64,000 bases of DNA. Origin: Marsupella aquatica. Taxonomy: Eukaryota; Plantae; Marchantiophyta. Position numbers and translations under genes: made by a program. Shown here piece after piece: positions 50,901 to 63,559 of this stretch. Position 1 is the first letter of the stretch, and the number at the start of each line of letters is the position of its first letter. Under the pieces are notes generated by a model. The model ran no database searches. It worked only from the letters and a program-made list of their open reading frames with translations, and had not been told where the DNA came from. Location of the stretch: the NCBI GenBank assembly GCA_973895155.1, contig OZ316898.1, positions 13,171,659-13,235,658 on the forward strand. Reading direction: 5' to 3'.

Positions 50901-51967
50901 GTTCCTGTCCAGGGTTTTTCATCATAGACTTGGATATCTCCATTGCATGCGAATGATTGAACATTCGATATACAAAAACAGATGGCAGAATAATACTTTT
51001 GACAAGAATATCAAAAATTTCGCTGATGCCAAAAGTATAATATTGCTCAATATTACGCAAAACTTCTTGGCCTTTGAGCACATCATCTTCTTTGGGTCCT
51101 TCTGTTGGACACCTATCATCCTCTGGATGCAAGACAAAGTTTGATGTCAACGCTCGCATTGGTTTTGATCTTGCAACCTTTGCCTTCTTTGTCTGCTTTT
51201 TCTTTGGACCCTCATCGTCATCCTTTTTTGAAGCCATCTTCTTGCAGCGTGAAGTCCTAGATTGTTTCTCTTCTTGCACAACTGGCTCTCAAAGCTTCCG
51301 TTTCTTCTCTGTCTTTGATTGCGCGCTTCTTTCCATTGTCTTCTTTCTCTCTTTTGCCTTATATATGCTTTGCTTCTTTTTTCTTCATCTCTGAAATCCA
51401 CGTCCGGCACGCGGCCTCTTGAAACTCTGGACAAAAAATGAAACTCTTGTCGATTGCCTGCTCATATGAGAAATGTGCCTTCTCAATCATCCTTTGAACT
51501 CTCCAAGTAGACGGAGGGTCCACACTATCTGGATTGTCATGCATGTGTTTCTTTACATATAGAAATCCGAACACCAGGTCAACTCCACTTATTTGAGAAC
51601 GAGTCTTCTCAAACATCTGATCAATTGTTACCCCATCCGGGAAGAATCCCATATCAGCTACGCTTATCTCCAATCGAGCCATCCACTCAACATTAAGTAA
51701 AGTTGAGTAGAGTTTTATTGGCACAAGAAGTCTCATCCACTGGGATTTCTCACTGGAAATAATTGTTGCATTACGGTTGTTGTCTGTGTTCACAAGGATG
51801 ACAGGACCTAGAGTAACAATTGTCTTGCGGTCATTCAATGATTGACTTGTGAGGCCCCTGAAACAAATCAAGAGACTGCCTTCCACCGACACCCCAACTT
51901 CTAGTGCCCATCTAAATCCTAGAGTATCTTGGCCAGGGAAAACAAAGTCCTTGATATCCTCGTCCAT
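47919..51967 (-). pseudogene. Element C ParB-like + methyltransferase-like gene, fragmented
   Basis: FLAISGQHSARAA (50587-51279); LAIVDF (motif IV remnant); HAKPKCILQSIIEFFLTEGETILDFFSGG (motif X/I); acidic C-terminal part. Same order as in A/B. Confidence 0.7.
50231..50410. repeat. Element C palindromes GCCTCGCCCT-N-AGGGCGAGGC x3
   Basis: At 50231-50251, 50322-50346 and 50390-50410, in the non-coding gap of the ParB-MTase gene. Confidence 0.85.
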
Positions 51968-52023
51968 AATATTTAACTCTGGCTTCTCAAGATTTTTTCC
52001 TGATAAAAAACATTGAAAACAAA

Positions 52024-52989
52024 ATGGTCAACATCATATTTTTAACATTGAATATGGAAAACTTTGAAGGTGCCTCGCCCTTGGGGCCCCAGGATACTAT
52101 ACAGAACATTTGTCTGGGGGATAATCGAATTGGAGTATTGATCAAAAAGTGCTTTGAGGGATCGCGTCAACTTCCATTTCCTTCACTAAAATTTTCTACA
52201 TTGGCTGAGGTAGTTGACTCCTGCGTGATTTGGGATTGTGCATTGGCATACTTGGGGTCATCAACTCTTCGCCGAAGAATCAATGTCGATGATTTCTCTT
52301 TGGCTAGAGATGCTGGAAATGATAAATCCAAATCTGACGCGAGGGTTGAAGAGGAGGTGTTCAAGGAAGGAGATGAAGTTCAGATGTTCATTTTTGATCA
52401 GTTGGTTGCAAATGGAGTCATTTTCAAGACAAATCCGATGGATATTTGTCATACTGAAAGACTAGGTGTTGGTCGTATCAGTATACGAATATCTGATATT
52501 GTTAAGGGAAATCAAAAATTGCCATACTCGCACCTTGGAGCTGATACAATAGAAGAGGCCTTGCATACCTGGGTCATGTGGGATGTTGCACATGTTTCTA
52601 GAAAAGGCACTCTACAAGATTCTGGCGTGTCTGGTAGCGCAAACATATTCAATGATCTTCCATTAAAAGATTTTACACTACGTTCCAACTGGATGGCAGA
52701 GGAGGTTGATTTGTATGACGCTTCTCGTTGTTGGAAGGTTGCAACAGGTGTTATCACTGTCTCATTTGAAACAGGTGCCACTGATGATGAGCTTCTTGGT
52801 GCAGATCATGTGGGTGTTGCTGTTGTGACTATCAATGATCCTGAATTATTTCCAAATATCCGTGTTGGTACCCCCGGCTTGGTGAGGAGGGATACCATGG
52901 AATGTCAAGTGACAAAAAAACAAGTCATATCTTTAATCTCTTTGGGTGTAGAGAGGAGCAAGTCAAGAGAAAGGGATTTTTTGTTCTAA
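52024..52989 (+). CDS. Element C ORF with ~3 repeats of a Tnp1/En-Spm-like (DUF8039-type) beta domain; probable transposase N-terminus
   Basis: Repeated pattern VA.G...LG...I.I.......LP......T+.E......+WD. Confidence 0.5.
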   Translation: MVNIIFLTLNMENFEGASPLGPQDTIQNICLGDNRIGVLIKKCFEGSRQLPFPSLKFSTLAEVVDSCVIWDCALAYLGSSTLRRRINVDDFSLARDAGNDKSKSDARVEEEVFKEGDEVQMFIFDQLVANGVIFKTNPMDICHTERLGVGRISIRISDIVKGNQKLPYSHLGADTIEEALHTWVMWDVAHVSRKGTLQDSGVSGSANIFNDLPLKDFTLRSNWMAEEVDLYDASRCWKVATGVITVSFETGATDDELLGADHVGVAVVTINDPELFPNIRVGTPGLVRRDTMECQVTKKQVISLISLGVERSKSRERDFLF

Positions 52990-55422
52990 AGGGACGTGTG
53001 GTTTGTAAAGATGCATTTATTAAAATGCATGGGTTCAGTACAACAAAGTATTATGACTACAAAAATCAATACGAAGCCGGTTGCACAATTGGTTCCATGG
53101 AAATCAGGGACAACGGAAGACACGATCAAGCACTTTGCACACTCGCGCCTTGTTGGAGTCCATTTTAATCCAAGATGGGGAACCAATGCCACATCTTCCC
53201 TATGGTGGGTCCAACGGCACCGACACTATTGAATATTGGCTCCCATCTTGTTTTACTAAGAAAGAGATTTTCCAAGAGGTGTTTACCAAGATGGAATTAG
53301 ATGGGTTTGCTAAGGTTACTGAAGTTACTATGTACAACATCTGGAAAAACTCATTTGATAATTTTGACTTTCACAAGGGAAGTGCATTTGCCAAGTGCAC
53401 ATTTTGCACTGAGTTCAAAGATCAATTGATGTGGGAGAAGAGAAAAAAAGAGCGTGCAAAGATTGAAGAGAAAAGAGTGCGACATCTTTGTGAACAAATA
53501 TCAAGAAGATATGTTTACTATGCTCATAGGGTTCTTGCAAAGAAGGATCCTCAAAACTATCTTTGCATTATTCACAATAAGATGGATCAAGCCAAGACTT
53601 GGATTCCTAGGTTGGTCCCCACTTCAAAATCCCTCTCTGGTAGTGGTCAGCCTCTGCCTATTGCTCTTACTGGGATGTTAACCCATGGAAGAGATCCTGA
53701 AGTGTATGCACATTTCAGTTTGACTAAACTTTGGCCTGGAGATGCAGACTTTACTGTAACATCTTTGGCCAAATGCCTTGAGTTCGAGATTTGGAAGATT
53801 ACACAGGAAACAAAACTGGAGACCTTCTTGAAGGATTGAATTGGAATGCAACTAGGCAAGCAACTAGGCCAATATTTCAGTCCCTTCTAGACTTTGAAGC
53901 ATTTTTGGTCGGTTACTTGGAACCCAAAAATGTTTCAATTGTTCGATTTCAAGGCATTGAAGATGGTCAGGAGACTCAAAAATCAAGCACAGTGGATGTT
54001 GGTTCTAGGGATGATCTTGAGACTACTAGGGGCTCTTTCAAGCCCTTACCAAGGCACCTAACGTTGCAGATGGACAATTCAGGGAAAGATAACAAAAATC
54101 AGTATGTGATGACATTTTGCACTGAGCTTGTTAGCATGGGGGTGTTTGAAACTGTGCAAATGTCATTCCTCATGGTTGGCCACACCCATGAAGATGTGGA
54201 TGCATTATTTTCTCAAGTATCCAAACAGGTCAGATACAAAGAGGTTGCTACCCTCTTGGGGTTGATGGCTGACGTTTGGGAGTGTGAAAGCATTCATCAT
54301 GTACCACGATTGATTCAAGAGGTTGCATCTTACAAGGAGTATTTGAAGACTTTCCAGGTGAAAGAGATAGAAGGTCACTCAAAACCAATAGCATTTCTTT
54401 TCTCCATGAGGGATAATGTGCCAGTGTATCAATATAAAGCACATGTCAAGCAACCTTGGCTTCCGGCAATGGGGAGGTCCATTTGGAGAACTGATCCCAT
54501 CACAAATGCGCTCATTTTACCGGAAGGCCAACCATTTGCAAAACCTATATCTGGGGATGTACAAAAGAAGGCCGGAGAAATCATCCCATTCCTTAATCGC
54601 TATATTGATTTCTTGAAGAAAAGTTGTAAGGATGAGACCTCTACAGCATATCGAGAGAGATTTCCTCTGGTCAAATATTGGGAGAATCTTGTGCAAGCAC
54701 TGTCCGAGAAACTTACAATAGAAGGGGAGGGGGAAAGACAATTGCCATTGACAACTGATTTTTGGCCAAAGACTAACCATGGCACAGGTTACAAGATGAT
54801 TTTGGGGACATCTCAACCGTCAAGTGAACCTTCTCAAAATCCAGAGATGATGGACCTTCAAAATGAGTACATGGAAGAGATGGAAGATCAAGCTGCACCC
54901 TTTGTTGGTGCACGACAAGAGCGAGAACCTGCACGTTGGATTCCTCTACAAGATATTCAAGAAGGTCACTTTGTATTTTTACATCCAGAGGATGAATGGG
55001 AACAGGAAAATGGCAAAAGGCGTTTCTGGTTGGTTCGAGCTTTGGGTGGCATGGATCCAAACCATGAGGTTCCCTCAACAGAATTTCAACATATTGAAGG
55101 GTCTTTGTCAAAGTCTGTTCAAAGCATTCCTAAGAGGAATGCTCCTATGTTCCAAGTACAATGGTGGAGGCCTAAATATGGTAAGCATGATGCAAAGGAT
55201 GATGTTCGATATGAATGTTGCTTTCAGACCACTAAGACTTGGGAGCTGGATCCTGGGTTTGACAATGTTGCTCAAAGTTGGCAGTTTGCAAATTCTACAA
55301 TGTATGGGTTTAAGTCAGGTGCTAAAGAACAAAATATTATGGATAGAGGTTTGACAATTCCCAAGAATGTTTTGAAAACTCTCAAATTTACATGGAAGGT
55401 ATTGATGAGTAGATTGATATAG
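52985..55422 (+). pseudogene. Element C transposase (Sola-like DDD), frameshifted
   Basis: FAKCTFCTEF; CIIHNKMDQAK; LQMDNSGKDNKNQ; FLMVGHTHEDVDALFS. Confidence 0.88.
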
Positions 55423-56036
55423 CAGGTCACAAGTCTCCACTCAAATGACTTGTGATTAGAGGGTTGAGTTGATTTCCATGAGTTTGTCTAAAGTGAGAGA
55501 ACAAGTCTGACAATCAAATTAATATTCTATGATCTCTCAAAGTTATTGAATTATGGACTTTAAGTTATTGAATGAACTTTCTTATAATTATTATTTTATT
55601 TGTCTTAGTACAATTTAATTCTAGAAAATGATGCCATTGATATCATTCCTTCTAATAGGTTGTATATCATTCTAGTTAACTTTGTCTAGACAGTATAGTC
55701 ATTCTAAGACAAACTTGCTTACTTAGTTAGATATCTTACCCAAGCTAAATGTCTTTAATATAGATGCTATCCAAGCTTATATGTTATTACTAGATTCTAT
55801 CTATTTTCCAGCCAAATGAACACTTTTGTCACCTAAATGTTTTTTAATATCATCCAATTTAATATTTAATTTTCCCAAAATTTCATTTTTTATCCCCAAA
55901 TTTATATTTAATGATGCTTGAATTTTCATTTTTCATCTTCCAAATTTACAATTTTCATACCTAAAACTATGTTTTTAAATCTCCAAATTTCCCTATATCC
56001 TTTATAATTTCAGTTTTAATGAATATAGTGATTTAC

Positions 56037-57714
56037 CAGGCATGGTCAATGGGCAGACTCATCTAAGCTAGATGACATTGACATTGCATGCACCTGATGA
56101 TGATGATATGGCTTTGATCTTGGAAGAAGGAGAGCCTTGTTCGTACTATGAGGCTTGTGCTTTAGAGTAGAAGCATGAGTGGAATACAACAATACAGAGA
56201 GAGTTACAATCTTTGAGTGACAACAAGACATGGGAGCTGGTGGAGTTTCCAAGAGGTCAGCAAGTGATGGACAGCAAGTGGATTTACAAGTTGAAGGAAG
56301 TCCTTCAGAGGGTGGAGATAAGATCTACAAGGCAAGGCTTGTTGCCAAGGGATTCACTCAGGAGAAAGGAGTGGATTACAATGAGGTATTTTTATCGGTG
56401 GCTAAGTATTCCACAATTCGGATCTTGTGTCAACTTATTGTGTTTTTTGGTCTGGTGATGGATCAGATGGATGTTGTTACTGTTTTTCTCTATGACAACT
56501 TGGAAGAGATGATCTTTATGAGACAGCCAAGTCTAGGCTTTATGAAGAAAGGCCAAGAGAACTTAGTTTGTAGATTGCTCAAGTCCTTGTATGGACTAAA
56601 GCTGTCTCCCAGACAGTGGAACAAGGGGTTTGATGATTTCATGCTTACTCAAGGTTTTACAAGGATGGTGTATGATCCTTGTGTGTATACAAAATCAGTC
56701 AAGAATGATGTGTTTGGTTTCATCATTCTGGTTATCTATGTGGATGACATGCTGATTGTGGCTAAAGATCAATCTGAGGTTGACAAACTCAAGGCAAAAT
56801 TGAGTTATGAATTCAGGATGAAGGATCTTGGTACAAGGCCAAGAGGATCTTAGGGATGGAGATTTTTAGGAACTCTGATACTGGATAGTTGTGTTTGAGT
56901 CAAGGCCAGTATGCGAGGAAAGTACTTGCACGATTCAACATGGAAAACTGTAAGCCAATGAGTATTCATTTAGCTTCACATTTCAAGTTATCATCGGCTT
57001 TCTCTCCTACGGATGCTATGGAGAAAGGTCTGATGGCTGAGATTCTTTATGAGAAGGTAGTAGGCAGTCTGATGTATTTGATGACTTATACTAGGCCTGA
57101 CTTGGCCCTAGCGATGGGCAAGGTTAGCAGATTCATGTCAAACCCAGGGAAGGTACATTGGGAAGCTGTGAAATGGATTCTCAAGTATGTGAAGAGAACA
57201 CAGGACTATGGATTACTATTTGATGCCAGATCAGATAGAATGATAGTTGGCTATGTAGATTCTGACTATGGAGGCGTCTGGATACAAGGAGGTCTACAAC
57301 TGGGTTTTTTTCTACTCTTGGAGGAGGATGTATCAATTGGAAATCTACCTTAAGTTGCATAAGTGTATATCTCAGTCTACTATAGAAGTAGAGTATGTTG
57401 CAGCAGCAGAAGCAGTAAAGGAAATAATTTGGTTGGACAAGTTGATCGCGGAGATGGGTTTAGAGCATGGCAAAATGACTCTAAACTGTGATAGTCAGAG
57501 TGCTCTTCACTTGGCTGCTAACCAGGTGATGGATAGCAGAGTGAAGCACATTGATATCAGGTACCATTTTATCAGGTAAACAATGTCTAATAAAACTTTT
57601 GAGCTAGTCATGCAAGATTGATGGAAAGCTCAATCCCGCTGATGCCTTTACCAAAGTGATTCCTTTGGAAGTTTCTCAAGACACCGTGCTACTTTGCAGG
57701 TTTTGCAGTTGTAG
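56037..57714 (+). pseudogene. Copia reverse transcriptase-RNase H, degenerate
   Basis: YKARLVAKGFTQ; QMDV; SLYGLK; IYVDDML; GYVDSDY; EYVA; CDSQSA; KHIDIRYHFIR. Confidence 0.95.
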
Positions 57715-57771
57715 TGCAAGTAGAGTTATTTAGCAATGTGTGACTATTTGTATATGGATTACTCATTCCAG

Positions 57772-57881
57772 TTTGGCTACGGCTTAGTTGTAGTTAACCC
57801 TAAACCCTAAATTTGGCTACGGCTTAGTTGTAGTTAACCCTAAACCCTAAATTTGGCTACGGCTTAGTTGTAGTTAACCCT
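57772..57881 (+). repeat. 40-bp tandem repeat (~2.7 copies) containing telomere-like CCCTAAA units
   Basis: Unit TTTGGCTACGGCTTAGTTGTAGTTAACCCTAAACCCTAAA. Confidence 0.9.
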
Positions 57882-58000
57882 TAGTTAACCCCTTGTGGTT
57901 TTTAGGGGGAGACCTGTTTAGGTGATTTTCTAGAACTTCTCGCTGAGGATTCCATATGGTAGCATTTAGTCCAGTCCCCTAGACAAGAGTCAAGGGGGAG

Positions 58001-58345
58001 TGTTAGATATTGCTCTAGTCTTGTGACTCATGAGCTAATCACAGTCAGTCTAACTCGGGTTAGGACTTAGCTAATGTTAGCAGTAGTGCTGTTGTGTATT
58101 AAGCCATGACTGATGCCAAACCCTAGGTGGAACTTAGGCTCATTGTTACGGAGCTAGTTGAGAGATAGGGAGAGCTTGTGCTATGGTTGCTTGGTATGGC
58201 CGGTCGGCCTAGAGTGCAGTAAAGCTCTTGTGTGTTCCTGTGGACGTAGCTTCATGTGGAGGTGAACCACGTATCTCTTTGTGTCGACTATTGTACGTTG
58301 GGTGGTTCATGGGCTTGCTGTTGCGAATATCGTCTATGCTCAACA
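58001..58345 (+). repeat. 3' LTR of the large Copia element
   Basis: TGTTAG...CAACA, between the PPT and TSD TTATC. Confidence 0.9.
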
Positions 58346-61300
58346 TTATCAAATGGTGACAATGTTGAGCTCATCAGGATCGTCCCTTCAAGATCTTTCC
58401 AACGTCATATTATACGTGAGTATTTTTTCATTATGATTTGACTCAACAATGTCAAATAAAAAATTGCTATCGTGAAAATTTTATATTTTGAATAAAATCA
58501 AAATGTAAATAAAACCGTTATTGGGAGTAGTTTTGCCTCAATTGTTCTGTCTTTTGATTTGCATGTTAGTTTTTAAATTTTTTTTTATGACATGGCATCC
58601 CAGTTTTTACAGCAAAGTTGTCACAAACATGAATATAGAAGTTAATTTTATCCAAAAACAGATCTCTTCCTGTTTGCAACGTGCCATGATGACATGGCAC
58701 TCTATGGGAGTCTTGAATTTTTGAAAGGACCTCTAATGGGGCCAATAATGACTTTAACCTACATTTACCTAAATTGATGTGATATTCCATGATTCTTTTT
58801 TCCAAGCAACTCTGAAAGTTTATGATTGTGGTACTCCAAGGGGCCGTACAAATGTAGGCCAGATTTGACCATGACCATTGTATTTATATGGGAATCTTTC
58901 CTACTGGGGTGAACTGGTCAAACGAGGGAATTAATAGGTGACCGCCCTAGGGAAGGACATGTGTGCAGCCTTTGAACTCCAATCTCAAGGCACAAGAGAT
59001 AAAGAAGTGTGGAGTTGCCAAGCTGCGGTTGCACCGTTGTAGTCCCTGGGCCTCTCTGCATAATTAGTCTGGGATCCATTTGCGATCCATGCAAATGGAT
59101 CGAGTTCATTTTTAATCTAAATTTGAAATAACAGTTAATATATATATATTTGTTAATGAAATAACAACCCCTGCTATATCGGCTGCCCAGTTATGAAGGT
59201 ACTTTTAAAATGTGACAGTCAATAGGCCAATGGTCCATTAGTCCCATAATTGGTGCACATCGCACACAGGCATGAAGAGAGTCGGGTAACATTTATTCTG
59301 GGCATTTTGAATGGGGGGAGGGTGAGGGGTCCGTGTAATTATTTGGGTTTAGGGGCCGGTGCCACCTAAATTGCACCTTTTGTCCCTTGGACTTTTAAGG
59401 GCACACGATGTGGCAAGAGCATGGATCCATTTCTAAGGTGACAACCCTACTAGATTGGACGTTGTCAAATCTAACAGGACATTAAGGGGCCCAACCGCCG
59501 AGGCAAGGGAGGCAGGGGGAGGAATGGGCTGGACCAAGTTGCCAAATTTTGTTGGCATTGTCCAGTCGTATATTCCCTCTCAAATTCTGTTAATTGTGGT
59601 GCGAGTGAAAACAAGTCGAATCGAAGATCTATGATCAAATTGAGGTCTGGCTCTTTCCAGAGGACCGCATTCCTGGCGATTGTTGGCGACGACTGCCACC
59701 AAGTAGAGTGGTATACAAACCCATGCTAGCTGATTCACTTCCAGCTCTTCGTCTGTACTTCGTCTTTGATTCTGATGCGCGCAGACAATCACACTTGCAA
59801 GTGCATTTACTTTATAAAATACGCTTTTTATAGGACGACTTGGCTATGCACGTGCTACTCGGTAAATTGGTTGACTCAGGGCCCGACTCAGTGCCTCGGA
59901 TCTGACCTTTTCTGTGTTTTCGTTGCCATGTGGGTATGTAGACTTTTAAAATATTATATATAACGCTACGTTGCCTAGCTAGTGTAACAGTCGAAGTTTG
60001 GACGCCGACGAGGCTCACTCGATACCATTTATCAAATTGGTCAGATGACCATTTCAAGGAGTGAGAGCCTGTCCAGCCCGCGAGCCTGTTGAAGGACCGG
60101 TGCCCAATCTAGTTTAACGACCTTAACAAAAGCAGGTCTCAGAGACCAATCAGAACAATCGATCTCAGAGACCGATGAGAACAATCTCCGAAACAGTTGC
60201 AAGGCTGACAGTGCAAAATCATCTAATAATTGAAACTTTTCAACTTTCCAATACATCATAGTGTCATTGTGCCCAAATTAAGGCAGAAAACACGGAAACT
60301 GGAGACATGATACCAAAGGCAACGCAACCCAATGAAATGGAGGGAAAGAGGGGGAAGGGTTTTAGGTGGTCTGTTTCGATATGTACGGTTAGAATGATCG
60401 ATCGATCGGCGCTACTGTACGTACTTAAACAATGTTTCATGCCAGCAGGGCGATACTTGGCGAATCGTAGGTAGTATGAATACACTAGGATACACAGTCA
60501 GAGGGAGTGGATTGTTTGGAAATGAGATCGTTAGGAGTCAGAGGCAGTAGGTGAATTGGTGCTGAGAAAGGCGAATTCTGGCCGGCCTGCATGAAGCAGC
60601 AGTAGATGGGTTCAAGCTGAGAAGGTAGATCTCTATCCGCCTTAGACTTTTTCTCTGATCGTCCCTCGAGTTTCGGAAATTGAGAATTGGTATGATCTTG
60701 AGTCTATAGAAGACTTGGTGCAAATGATTGGCCTCGTTTGACCTTTAAGGAATTATTGTTTAGAATGCAAGGTCCATATATGTATAAATTCTAAAATGAA
60801 GGTCTCATTTTGACCCGGGCCTGTCTGCATTTTTATATGATCTAAAAATTTGACTGTGATAAAATATTAAAAGTGAATAACTAGGTTTTCGAGAAAAGGA
60901 TGGTAGGATGCACGAACACATGACGCCATGTTAAGTTCCTCCGTATGTATGTAGGAGGGACTGAACATACGGAATGGATGAGCACATGAAATCATTTCCA
61001 GGGGTGACTGAAAATCCACGAGAAAATGGTAAAAATTGTGGGACCAACTCATTTAGGGTGACGGTGGGTATCTGATTGGCTCGTACTAGTCCTGTATTCC
61101 TTCCAGAAGGCCACCGTAGAGTCCTTTACACCTTAGTTTGCGCCTTCCAAACCCGCTATGTCCAATCTTTAGCTCCCTCCACGGGTTGCATAATTGCTTG
61201 CAGCTAGCAATGTTGCTTGTAGCTCTGAAATTGAGCTACTGTCGCTGTCATTTTTCTTTCAATCTACAACTTTTTCAGCGGCAGATTGGAGTTACGTAGC

Positions 61301-63559
61301 TAGACGATTGCAACAAAAGCAATCATGTGAATTGAACGGGACCGAATGAAAATTCAAAATTATTTTCATTGTGACTATTAATATTAGAAAGCAAATTTCA
61401 CATTCGATTCACTGCTAGATACATTGCTGATTCTGTAGGGTCCAGATTGAAGACATTACGAATTTTGTGTCTGCCAAATCTTGGTCCATTTAAAGGATCA
61501 GAATTCAGCCTCAGAATATATAATTGAGCATTGATTGAAGAATAAAATAGCTACCTCAAGTCCAAGCTACAAGTGATGACTCCTAACCCTCCATTTGTCC
61601 AACTGTGCCCCGACTCGTGGGGAAACATAGCTGTCCATGTTGCAGCTGAACTGCGTTTCTGTAATTCTTCAGTTGGAAGGAATGGGAGCCTGTTACTTTA
61701 TGTAATTAATGAGTATCACTCAAAATTAGTATCACACATACTAGCTAATTACTATGTAAGACTTTTTGTTGTTGTTGCAAGTGACACCATTTACTATCAC
61801 CCCTTGTTTCTAGAACCAAAACAAATTACAAGTAACACACTAGGCAATAATATTTTGCCAAGAGACCTAGTAAAGACAACCCTAAGTGGCCAGTTTTGGC
61901 GTGGCTGGTAACATAAATTGCATTTTTCCTTGTGTTCTTTGTTTGGCTAGTGGTCAGACGTGTGAAAGAGTGAGAGATGCAGAATTTGCTTCACTCATTG
62001 TTTTACCATAGTAAGTACTAAGAGAAGAGAAGCAATGCTTCAAAATGCTATTGTTGTCATTAGTAATGTGCTCCATAGCATGTTTTGCTCCTTATTTTTC
62101 CTTTATTGCATTCATATCTTGTTTTTGTAAGCAATTCAAGTTCTTGTCTAAAAGACGGCAGAAACAATCAATGCTAGATTGTTTTGTTGCTACTGGATTA
62201 AAATCATTCTCCAATCCTGGTGTTGTTATATAGTATTGACAAATGCGTCAATGAGCTGCCTTCAAATCAGCCAGGTTACCATAAGAAAGACATTATTCTG
62301 TAATTTCAGTTCTCTGCTCTTTCATTGAGCCCTTACAATTCTTTTTATGATTCTCTTGTTCATTCAACTAAAACATAGCCTCAATCATCTAGTACTGATG
62401 GTAAGCATAATTCTCAATTGGCAAGTGACTTTGTAGCTTAGGCAAACAATTCAGTTAACCAACACAAGATGTCTAAGGCACAAAAGTCATGATTGATCAG
62501 AACATATGGTCCGTGGATCAACTGAAGCCTGAACTCAATACACTATTTTCGGCATTGCCCAAAACTTGCTAACCAGGGAAACTAGAATGTGTGAGTAAAT
62601 GCTGTGACGAGTGTCAGTATTGCTCAAACCATAATCTAAGTAAGATCTATGTTTGAATAAACACTTTCAAAGAAATCCTAAAACAGGCATCATTATGTAG
62701 GACACCAGTTTGTTGTTCAGTAGATCATTTCTAGTTGTTGCGGACCCTCTGGCTTTTTGGGGTACAGCTTTTTACTATCCTGTCCCCCAAACTAGCCGAA
62801 TTTCATAATTAACCTGCCCCCCAAACAAATTAAATTGCTAAGTTGCCCCCCATTCCGTAGATCCGTTTAGGCATACCCAGCGGGATACCCAGTACATGGT
62901 CCCCGGTGCCACATGGCAAGTCGCCACTGGTCTGGGCTAAGCCCCGCCCCCCTCCCCCTTCCCCATCGAGGCGCTCTGGTCAAGGCGCTCCCATCACCGG
63001 CCCGAACAGGGTTATTCGTGGCCATGTAGGCCCTCCCGCAAATGACCCATTTTTGGAGGAGAAAGCCTTTACTCAGAAGAAAGCCGCCCATGCTGCCGAG
63101 CCCTCGTTTTCTACTCCAAAGATGATGCACATTTGCTTCAAACTGTTAGGCACCATCTTCGCTGCGGGGTCGGGCTTCAGCCTTTTGCCTTTGCAGTGTC
63201 ACCTTCCATGAATCCAATCAGATGGGCCACGCAGAATCCAATAGCCTAAATAGACTGTACAGGGGTTTACGAAGACAGCAGCCAACACTTTCAATGTAGA
63301 CATGGGACTTGCGCTTGCAATCTCATCCCAATTGTCGTGAGTGCAAGGAGGAAGGGTGAACATTGCAGAGGTCCATACTCAATTGCAAAGCTAGTGTGTT
63401 GCTATTGCTGACGTGCAAGTAAGTTTTGACATTGGGGGCTCGTTTCCATTTCTTGTGAGAAACGAATGTGAAATTCTGACTGCGAGCCTACAGTACAAAT
63501 TGATTCAATTTGTCCTCTTCATTAGTGGGAATTTATAAGGATTTTGTGTGTTTTCAGGA

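Larger units (their letters stand above)
46007..56032 (+). mobile_element. Element C: distant relative of A/B (10.0 kb)
   Basis: 22-bp TIR ATCACTATTTTCATTAAAACTG / CAGTTTTAATGAATATAGTGAT (1 mismatch); 4-bp TSD TTAC (46003-46006, 56033-56036). Confidence 0.93.
12406..58345 (+). mobile_element. Ty1/Copia LTR retrotransposon (Tork/Tnt1-like), expanded to 46 kb by nested insertions
   Basis: TSD TTATC at 12401-12405 and 58346-58350. The start of the 5' LTR (12406-~12560) aligns with the 3' LTR (58001-58345, TG..CA). PPT CAAGGGGGAG at 57991-58000. gag-PR-IN-RT-RH order is restored once A and C are removed. Confidence 0.93.

Noticed and set aside
15313-56032. Classification of A/B/C as CACTA or MULE because of Ulp1 cargo
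   Set aside because: TSDs are 4 bp (not 2-3 or 9-11), and the catalytic motifs are not TnpD- or MURA-like.
58400-62700. Short ORFs in the right-hand intergenic region
   Set aside because: No motifs or consistent exon structure.
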